Shown here in pieces: positions 41,615 through 48,724 of a stretch of 64,000 nt of DNA (positions are counted from its first letter, which is position 1; each line of letters opens with the position of its first letter). Both the position numbers and the translations under genes were made by a program. Location of the stretch: the NCBI GenBank assembly GCA_021802705.1, contig JAJZRL010000004.1, positions 13,862-77,861 of the forward strand, in the 5' to 3' direction. This DNA comes from a bacterium. GTDB lineage: Bacteria; Patescibacteriota; Minisyncoccia; Phycocordibacterales; Phycocordibacteraceae. Below the pieces are notes generated by a model. It did not search any database, was not told the DNA's origin, and saw nothing but the letters and a program-made list of their open reading frames with translations.

Positions 41615-42384
41615 ACCTTCTTCGCCTTAAGTCCGAACTCGCGCTCGAAGCGGTTGATAATCGTTTGGCAGTATCCCTCGTCGCGTTCGACGAGGATGGA
41701 CTTACGCTTGCATTGCTCGGCCGCGATGCCGGTCGAGCCCGATCCCGCAAAACAGTCGTACACGATGTCGCCGATGTTCGAACTGTTGAGGACGAGGCGG
41801 CGCAAGAGGCCGACGGGCTTTTGCGTCGGGTGAAGCGGGCTTCGGCTCGGTTTCGGATAGAAGAGGACGGACTTGTCCTTCGCCTTCTTGAAGTCGTGCG
41901 TTCCGTGCCACCCGTACGCGACGAGTTCGTGCTGGGGAAGATAGTCTTTGCGTCCGACGACGACGTGGTTTTTCACCCAGATAAGAAGCTGCGCGAAGCG
42001 GATGCCGGAGCGTTCCATGCCGTCCCGAAGCGCGAAGAGCATCTTGTCCGAATTGAAGACGTACGCCGCGTTCTTTGCCGCGAAATGCGGCACGACGGGC
42101 GCAAGCCAGTCTTTCGTGAACTGCGCGTATTCGGATTCTGAGACGATGCCGTCGTTGAGAATCTTCTTTTTCACGCGGATCTTTGCGAATGACTCTTTGC
42201 TCTCGACGAATGCGACGCCGTAGGGCGGGTCAACGAGCAGGAGCGCGATCTTTGTTTTGCCGAGGACGCGGTCGACGAACGCCGCGTCACGCGCGTCGCC
42301 GCATCCGAGAACATGGTCCCCGATGCGGAATACGTCGCCCGCTTTAACCGAGCTTGCGTGCTTTTTCATGGGAGAGGGCTTCAT
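41611..42384 (-). CDS. Phage-type DNA methyltransferase
   Basis: Motifs DPPY, HPTQKP and DCFAGSGS. Confidence 0.9.
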   Translation of the reverse strand: MKPSPMKKHASSVKAGDVFRIGDHVLGCGDARDAAFVDRVLGKTKIALLLVDPPYGVAFVESKESFAKIRVKKKILNDGIVSESEYAQFTKDWLAPVVPHFAAKNAAYVFNSDKMLFALRDGMERSGIRFAQLLIWVKNHVVVGRKDYLPQHELVAYGWHGTHDFKKAKDKSVLFYPKPSRSPLHPTQKPVGLLRRLVLNSSNIGDIVYDCFAGSGSTGIAAEQCKRKSILVERDEGYCQTIINRFEREFGLKAKKV

Positions 42385-43618
42385 AGCGCTTGATAATGAG
42401 GTCGCAGAAGGCGGGTTCGAGTTCGACCAGAAACGCCCGCCGCTTCAGCTGCTGCGCGGCTACGAGCGTGCTGCCTGAGCCGCCGAAGGAATCGAGAATG
42501 AGGTCGCCCGGCCGGGTGCAGCGACGAATCGCTTTCTCGTGCAGAGTCGGCGGTTTGGCGGTCGCGTGCTGGTAGTCCTGCCCGGCCATGCGCTTCACGA
42601 GCCAGATGTTGAGAAGGTCGAGGATGTCGTCGATAGCGCGGTTACCGGTCGTAATCTCCTTGTTGAAGATCTCGTTCAGTGAATCGACGCCCTTGGCGAG
42701 GTACGGTTTGCCGCGCGTGCCGTATATGCAGGGCTCATAGCACTTGTTGAACGCGACGCTGGGTGTCGGGTTCTGCCCGTTCTTGATCCACATGCACACA
42801 CGCCGATTGGCGATACCGATTTCCTCGAAAAGCGATTGCACGAGTCCGATCTGCGATTCGTCGTTCCAGTAGAAGACATGCGCGTCGTCTTTCGCGACGG
42901 CGAGCGCCGCTTCCAAGCTCTTTTTGAGGAAGGCGCGGTACTCGGCGGGGGAGCGCTTATCGTTTACTGCGCCCCCGTACGCCTGCTTGCCGCCGATGCC
43001 GCGGTCATAGTCGATGCCGATGTTGTAGACCGGATCGCTGTATATCATCGAAGCGCGGTCCTTGCCGACGAGCCGCTTCAACACCGACGGCTCGGTCGAG
43101 TCGCCGCAGATAAGGCGATGCGGGCCGAGCTGGTACAGGTCGCCGAGCTTCGTTTTCGGTTTCTTTATCTTGAAGAGTTCTTTGTCGACCTCGAATCCGT
43201 CGTCCTCGGTTTCGAGGTTCTCGTCCCAGATATGCGCGAGATCTTCCGCGTCGAAACCGGTATCGAGCAGGGCGTCGATGTCGAAGAGCTTGAGTTTCGA
43301 GAAGTCCCATTCCCCGGTATTGTGGTTGAGGCGGAGATTGAGTTCCTTTTCTTTCTCCAAGCTCGGGAGGTTGACGTACACGACGGGGACGGTCTTGAGG
43401 CCGAGCTCTTTCGCGGCGCGAAGCCGCATATGGCCGCCGATAACGACGCCGCGGCGCTTCGGCGCGGAGTTGACGATGACCGGATCGATCATCCGGAAAC
43501 GCGCGATGCTCTCTTTGAGGTGTGCGAACGCCTCGTCGGAAATCTTGCGCGGATTGTACGGAGCGGGGCGCAAATCGCCGACCGGTACGTACACGATGCT
43601 GATGTCTTGCTTGTTCAT
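42344..43618 (-). CDS. ParB/Srx-domain DNA methyltransferase fusion
   Basis: ParB motifs YNPR and IGGHMR; MTase motifs SDPVY, HATAKP and DSFGGSGS. Confidence 0.9.
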   Translation of the reverse strand: MNKQDISIVYVPVGDLRPAPYNPRKISDEAFAHLKESIARFRMIDPVIVNSAPKRRGVVIGGHMRLRAAKELGLKTVPVVYVNLPSLEKEKELNLRLNHNTGEWDFSKLKLFDIDALLDTGFDAEDLAHIWDENLETEDDGFEVDKELFKIKKPKTKLGDLYQLGPHRLICGDSTEPSVLKRLVGKDRASMIYSDPVYNIGIDYDRGIGGKQAYGGAVNDKRSPAEYRAFLKKSLEAALAVAKDDAHVFYWNDESQIGLVQSLFEEIGIANRRVCMWIKNGQNPTPSVAFNKCYEPCIYGTRGKPYLAKGVDSLNEIFNKEITTGNRAIDDILDLLNIWLVKRMAGQDYQHATAKPPTLHEKAIRRCTRPGDLILDSFGGSGSTLVAAQQLKRRAFLVELEPAFCDLIIKRYEALSHEKARKLG

Positions 43619-43769
43619 ATTCGCGTTATTAATGGGGTAATAACGAGAAAGCCCACTTCGCGAAGAAGACTCGGAGAACCAGCAATGCTGATTCGTCAGG
43701 CTTTCTCTACGAAGTGGGCGTGGCGACGAGCGCGAGGCACCACCTGTAATATTCAGTTGTACCTACATT

Positions 43770-44123
43770 CTACTCCTTATCGCCCTGGTGCCAAGTGCGC
43801 CCCCGGTGGATGAGCTGGCGCCGTTGCGCCCGATTCATTCCGTCGAGGAACTCGTAGACATCCTTGCCCGCGTAGACGGGCAACCCGCCCTCCGGCATCA
43901 TCAGCTCGACTTCGCCGCGATCGACGCGTTCTTGCAGATCGGGCGGCAAGGAAAAATGCATGCCAAACGTCCCGTCTTTCGAAACGGGAGAACGCTTGGC
44001 GTAATCCTTGGGCAGTGGCGAATACATGCGTCCTTTTTGCGCCACCTTCGAGAAGCTCCCGGTTTGCCGGTGCCCGCGAACGTGCAGCATTATGTCAGTC
44101 AGGTACACGCGCTCTTTTTCCAT
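43770..44123 (-). CDS. Hypothetical protein
   Basis: Second gene of the leftward operon; no recognised motif. Confidence 0.6.
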   Translation of the reverse strand: MEKERVYLTDIMLHVRGHRQTGSFSKVAQKGRMYSPLPKDYAKRSPVSKDGTFGMHFSLPPDLQERVDRGEVELMMPEGGLPVYAGKDVYEFLDGMNRAQRRQLIHRGRTWHQGDKE

Positions 44124-44134
44124 AGGATTGGCGA

Positions 44135-44329
44135 TTATTTCTTGCGGAGCTCCTTGATGACCTGGTCGAGCGAGTCGACGCCGAACTTATCCTTGAGCGT
44201 GCCGAGGTGCATGTTGCCGTTGATGCCCTCGAACTCCGGATAGTCCTTCTTGAGCGTTTCGACCTTCGTGTCGGAACGCTTCTCGCGCCATTCGCCGTCC
44301 TTGTCGCGAGAGCGGTTGGGTACTGCCAT
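44135..44329 (-). CDS. Small conserved element protein (64 aa)
   Basis: Clear homolog at 57169-57372 (RSR.xDG..RE.RSD...L.KDYPEF..NGN..LGTLK.KF...SLD). Confidence 0.85.
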   Translation of the reverse strand: MAVPNRSRDKDGEWREKRSDTKVETLKKDYPEFEGINGNMHLGTLKDKFGVDSLDQVIKELRKK

Positions 44330-44419
44330 GGCGATTCGGTTAGGGCCGCGGGTAATCGGCCATCCCTATTGTAGGGGAGAGCTTGCAAGGGTGCAAGTGA
44401 TATGCTAAGACATAAGGGT

Positions 44420-45178
44420 ATGCCCACCAACCACCAGGATTCCTACGAAGCCACCGTCGAGCTCCTGCGCGAGTTCCCCCAATGGCGCGGGGTCATCGCG
44501 GCGGCGCTTGAAGAGGCTCAGACCATCACCACCGAGCGTTTCGCCGGGAAGTGGGTTCTCAACCGTGCCAAGAAGCACGGTGTTACTTGGGTGCCAAACC
44601 TCCGGAAACTCGTCTCTCACGGGATTCTCCAAAAGGAGGGCGAATCGACGCGGGGCGGCAGCCGCGCCTACTACTCCATGCCCGATCCGGCAGGAGTGGC
44701 ACGCGCGCTCCGTGACGTGAAGATTTCCTCGGTGAGCGAGCCGTATGCGGGTCACTTCGTAACGAAGGAGGGCGTCGCGCAGCGTGGCACCGTCTCCGTT
44801 CCATTTTATGCGACGCTCGCGTCGTGCGGAAGTCCGAATATGGCCGAAGCACACACCGACGAACACATGGATGTCGATGCACGTCTCATTAAGCCGAACC
44901 AGGAATATTTCCTTGTCCGCGCCGAAGGCGACTCAATGGATTTGGCGGGTATACGAAGCGGCGACCTACTCCTCGTGCGCTGTCAGGACTACGCCGACGT
45001 GGGACAAAAAGTCCTTGCGTGCATCGACGGTGGCGTGACCGTGAAGGAGTATCAACATACGGGCGAGTACGCGGTGCTCATACCGCGTTCCTCGAATCCG
45101 GCGAACAGGCCGGTCATCATGGCGGAAGACGCGCACATTCAAGGGGTCGTCGCGGCGGTAATTCCGGGCTTCACATAG
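44420..45178 (+). CDS. LexA/S24-family repressor (wHTH plus self-cleaving peptidase)
   Basis: SCG cleavage site, GDSM catalytic Ser, TVK catalytic Lys. Confidence 0.88.
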   Translation: MPTNHQDSYEATVELLREFPQWRGVIAAALEEAQTITTERFAGKWVLNRAKKHGVTWVPNLRKLVSHGILQKEGESTRGGSRAYYSMPDPAGVARALRDVKISSVSEPYAGHFVTKEGVAQRGTVSVPFYATLASCGSPNMAEAHTDEHMDVDARLIKPNQEYFLVRAEGDSMDLAGIRSGDLLLVRCQDYADVGQKVLACIDGGVTVKEYQHTGEYAVLIPRSSNPANRPVIMAEDAHIQGVVAAVIPGFT

Positions 45179-45185
45179 CATCACG

Positions 45186-45608
45186 ATGGACGCAAAACTC
45201 AAACATCTGGAATTCATTCAGGAGACCATCAAAAGGATGGCGGGGAATTCCTTTTTGCTGAGGGGGTGGAGCATCACGCTCGTGGTAGCCATCTTCACTA
45301 TCGCGAGTCAGACATACAAGCCCGTCTACCTATGGATCGCGCTTTTCGTAACCGGCGTGTTCTGGCTGCTCGATTCTTACTATCTCTTCCAGGAGAGACG
45401 GTTTCGTTGCCTCTACGACGAAGTGCGGGTTAAGGATCCATCCGCCATCGATTTCTCGATGGCTCTCCCAAAGAATCATTGCGATAAGTGCACGTGGCGG
45501 TCGTCCGCAAAATCTCCGATCTTCCTCGTGTTCTATGGCGTCGCGGCGGTGGTTCTGGTAGCGATATTACTAACGGTTTATCTCAACATATCCGTAACAC
45601 TTAAATAA
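45186..45608 (+). CDS. 3-TM membrane protein, putative TIR-associated effector
   Basis: HLEFIQ..I.RMAGNSFLL.GW and FWLLDSYYL.QER motifs; adjacent to a TIR gene. Confidence 0.75.
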   Translation: MDAKLKHLEFIQETIKRMAGNSFLLRGWSITLVVAIFTIASQTYKPVYLWIALFVTGVFWLLDSYYLFQERRFRCLYDEVRVKDPSAIDFSMALPKNHCDKCTWRSSAKSPIFLVFYGVAAVVLVAILLTVYLNISVTLK

Positions 45609-45610
45609 TT

Positions 45611-46216
45611 ATGACTAGGAAAATATTCTTCAGCTTCCATTACGAGCGCGACGCCTGGCGGGCTGGCCAGATTCGCAACAGCGATCTGCTCAGCCCCGAG
45701 GACAATGTCGGTTTCATCGATGCCGCCGCGTGGGAGGAGATTAAACGCAAAGGCGATGCCGCAGTAGAAAAATGGATAAACGAACAACTCGAAGGGACGT
45801 CGGTCACGGTTGTTCTCATCGGCGCAGAGACCTCACAGCGTCCCTGGGTCGATTATGAAATTCGTACGAGCTGGGAGCGCGGTAACGCGATAATCGGCCT
45901 CTACATACATAACGTTAAGGACAACGAACGCAAAACGGATATGCAGGGAGCGAATCCGCTCGACAACATCCTGCTTACCGACGGCCAACCGCTTTCTTCG
46001 GTCTGCAAGACATACGATTGGGTCAACGACGACGGTCGCAGTAATCTTGGCACCTGGGCAAACGAGGCGGCGAATGCGCGAGTGTCGTATAAAGGAGTGA
46101 CGACCCTTAAGGCTGGCACTCTGGATCGCCATGCGGCGACACCCTCGCTCCGCAAGTCCTATGCGACCACCGGCCCCACCGTTATCAACAATCCCTCCGG
46201 TCCTTGGGCGCAGTAG
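45611..46216 (+). CDS. ThsB-like TIR domain protein (DUF1863)
   Basis: Motifs IFFSFHYERD, SVTVVLIG and WVDYEI (catalytic Glu). Confidence 0.9.
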   Translation: MTRKIFFSFHYERDAWRAGQIRNSDLLSPEDNVGFIDAAAWEEIKRKGDAAVEKWINEQLEGTSVTVVLIGAETSQRPWVDYEIRTSWERGNAIIGLYIHNVKDNERKTDMQGANPLDNILLTDGQPLSSVCKTYDWVNDDGRSNLGTWANEAANARVSYKGVTTLKAGTLDRHAATPSLRKSYATTGPTVINNPSGPWAQ

Positions 46217-46218
46217 GT

Positions 46219-46926
46219 ATGGCTGCTGTGTTTTCCGATGAGGAAATCGCAGCGGTGAAGACTCGATATCCAGGCCTCGTCAGGGCAGGTCCGGACGTCG
46301 TTCAGGGGACGTTACGGATGGAGGCCGTCTACAACGGCGAGACCTTGAGCGGCGACTTTCAAATTCGTATCACTGCCACGAACCCGAATTCCGACGTTTT
46401 GCCTGCCCTCTACGAAACGGGTGGACGTACAGCGGCAATAGCCGCTGCGCACGGGATTACTGACTTACGAACGCTCCACCGCAACCGAGACGGAACTGCG
46501 TGCGTATGCGTAAAGCAGATTGAGCGGCGGAAATACCCGCCAGGATCCGATTTGTTGGTGTTCGTGGAAAATCTCGCGGTACCGTATTTGTATTGGCTGA
46601 CTTACTACGAACGATACGGGGAAGGTCCTTGGAAAGATTATGCTCACGGCGGTCTTGGCCTGCTGGAATTTTATTCTGAAGATACGGAGCCGCAAACCAC
46701 TGAAGGCATCAGAGAAATCCTCCCGACGCTTCGTAGAGAATTGAATTGGCAGGAGTATCATAAGCAGCTTAGAAAACCGAGTGGTGATAGGGCATGCTTG
46801 TGCGGCTCGGGCAAACCTTTTCGCACGTGCCACAAGAAGGCGTGGCAGGGAGTGGAGCGCCTTCATCGCGAGTTTCTCCGGCTCGGCATCAACCCTCGTT
46901 CGTTATTCGAGGGTATAAAAAAGTGA
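46219..46926 (+). CDS. Prokaryotic E2-like protein with C-terminal SEC-C zinc motif
   Basis: HRNRDGTACVC resembles an E2 active site; CLCGSGKPFRTCH is a SEC-C motif. Confidence 0.65.
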   Translation: MAAVFSDEEIAAVKTRYPGLVRAGPDVVQGTLRMEAVYNGETLSGDFQIRITATNPNSDVLPALYETGGRTAAIAAAHGITDLRTLHRNRDGTACVCVKQIERRKYPPGSDLLVFVENLAVPYLYWLTYYERYGEGPWKDYAHGGLGLLEFYSEDTEPQTTEGIREILPTLRRELNWQEYHKQLRKPSGDRACLCGSGKPFRTCHKKAWQGVERLHREFLRLGINPRSLFEGIKK

Positions 46927-46965
46927 CATGCGCGTGTCCCGTTCTTATGTCACTTTTGTAACTCT

Positions 46966-47130
46966 GGTACGAGACCGACACGCCCTCGAAAATCGTCGGA
47001 ATCGCCGAAATGCCCTCGAATTCGCTCAAACCCTGCCGAGACCGACTGGCCTCGGACGGGAGTAGAGAAGCGCGCCGGAAACGCCCTTGGATACCTTACA
47101 TAGCGGGGTGCAAGACCGCTGCGGGCAACA
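46966..47130 (+). repeat. Conserved right end of element 1 (attR-like)
   Basis: Colinear with 59710-59874: cctt(g/a)gataccttayat.g.ggggtgca.gaccg...cgggcaaca. Confidence 0.8.
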
Positions 47131-47240
47131 AGGTAGTGCGGCCTGCAATGCAGACCGCCTGGCATCAAAAGTGCCGAAATTCAGTTCAAGACCGACACGG
47201 TCAAAACTCGCAAAAGGCGCTCGAAAGAGCGCCTTTTGCG
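47125..47240 (+). repeat. Conserved left end, copy 2, with terminator 47209-47240
   Basis: gcaacaaggtagtgcggcctg...tcagttcaagaccgacacg followed by a hairpin. Confidence 0.9.
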
Positions 47241-47289
47241 TAGTCGGTAAAATTAAGCTAATTCGGTGTTTTTTGCTAGAATGGTCAGA

Positions 47290-48720
47290 ATGGCAACGCT
47301 GAACTGGATTGGCAAAGAAGCCGTGGTAAACCACGACAAGGAGGTGCCTTTCAAGCTGCTCAAAAAGGTCCCATCCGCATCGGTCGGCAAGGAGTCGAAA
47401 AACCTCATCGTTCACGGGGATAACCTCGAAGCGCTCAAGGCGTTGATGCCTTTCTACAAGGGTAAAGTGAAATGTATTTACATTGATCCTCCCTATAATA
47501 CGGGAAACGAAAAATGGACTTATAACGATAAAGTGAATTCGCCAAAGATACGTGAATGGCTCGGGAAGGTTGTCGGAGGTGATGCAGAAGATCTGACGCG
47601 TCACGACAAGTGGCTCTGTATGATGTATCCGCGTCTCAAGTTGTTGAGAGAACTGTTAAGTGAGGACGGGGCTATTTACATGCAGTTGGACTACAACGAA
47701 GTTCATTACGGAAAGTTATTGATGGACGAAATTTTTGGTAGAGATAATTTCCAACGAGAAATCATTTGGAGAATTGGCTGGATTTCTGGTTTCAAATCGG
47801 CTGATGCAAATTGGGTTAGAAATCACGACACAATTCTTTTTTATTCTAAAAATGCCAAGAAACTTGAGTTCATAAAGCAGTACAACAAACCAGAAGAATA
47901 TCTCGAAAGGTTTAATGGTGAGACAACAAAAGCACTGGCTCAGTATTTTCAGGACCTTGGCCTAGACAAGAAAGCAACTGAGAAGGCCATAAAATATGCT
48001 GCAACAGTCGGATTGCCCGATAGATATCCCCTAGAGGATACTTGGAATGCAAGTGTTTACGACAAGCTGAACAGCATCGCCATCGTTTCCTTCTCAGGAG
48101 AGAAGGTCTCCAAGCTTTTAAACGTTGAAGAATTCAAGGGACAGAAGAGTATTGAATTGGTAAAGAGAATTATCAGGGCGCATACTAAAGAGGACGATAT
48201 TGTGCTCGATTCCTTTGCGGGAACTGGCAGTACGGGTCACGCCGTTTTGGATTTAAATAAAGAAGATGGGCAGCATAGAAAGTTTATTCTTGTGGAAATG
48301 GATGATCATGTAGCGGAAAAGATTACCTCCAAGAGGCTGAAAAAGAATATAGAGAAAAGTGGATATAAAGATAGCTTTGAATATTGTGACCTCGCCGAAC
48401 CACTCTTTGATGAGAAGGGGCAAATAAATGTGGAGTGTTCGTATGACGAGCTTGCGACCTATATCTACTTCACCGAGACCCAGACCAATCTCGAGAAAAA
48501 GACGATCAAGAAGCCGTTTATCGGCGAGAGTCACGGCACCTCGTACTACCTCATTTACGCCGGGAAGGATAAAAATGATCTCACGCGAGCGACCATCGAA
48601 AAGTTGAAATTAACTGGCCCAGCAGTAATCTACGCAGACCGATGTCTCGTGGACGAAGACGAGCTAGAAGAGAAGGGTATTGTCTTCAAGCAGATTCCAT
48701 ACGAGATCAAGGTTTACTAA
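47290..48720 (+). CDS. mod: Type III restriction-modification methyltransferase Mod
   Basis: Motifs LNWIGK, GDNLEAL, YIDPPYNTG and DSFAGTG. Confidence 0.92.
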   Translation: MATLNWIGKEAVVNHDKEVPFKLLKKVPSASVGKESKNLIVHGDNLEALKALMPFYKGKVKCIYIDPPYNTGNEKWTYNDKVNSPKIREWLGKVVGGDAEDLTRHDKWLCMMYPRLKLLRELLSEDGAIYMQLDYNEVHYGKLLMDEIFGRDNFQREIIWRIGWISGFKSADANWVRNHDTILFYSKNAKKLEFIKQYNKPEEYLERFNGETTKALAQYFQDLGLDKKATEKAIKYAATVGLPDRYPLEDTWNASVYDKLNSIAIVSFSGEKVSKLLNVEEFKGQKSIELVKRIIRAHTKEDDIVLDSFAGTGSTGHAVLDLNKEDGQHRKFILVEMDDHVAEKITSKRLKKNIEKSGYKDSFEYCDLAEPLFDEKGQINVECSYDELATYIYFTETQTNLEKKTIKKPFIGESHGTSYYLIYAGKDKNDLTRATIEKLKLTGPAVIYADRCLVDEDELEEKGIVFKQIPYEIKVY

Positions 48721-48724
48721 TCCT

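Larger units (their letters stand above)
24113..47130. mobile_element. Integrative element 1 (serine recombinase, terminase/ParB-MTase module, LexA), about 23 kb
   Basis: Bounded by GCAACA cores at 24107-24112 and 47125-47130; both ends homologous to those of element 2. Confidence 0.85.

Noticed and set aside
47102-47130. Pseudo-tRNA (agcggggt matches the tRNA-fMet 5' end)
   Set aside because: No D, anticodon or T arms; the equivalent position in element 2 reads ggtggggt
46972-47194. CRISPR-like array from repeated AGACCG
   Set aside because: Repeats are too short and irregular, and there are no cas genes; interpreted as att-arm boxes
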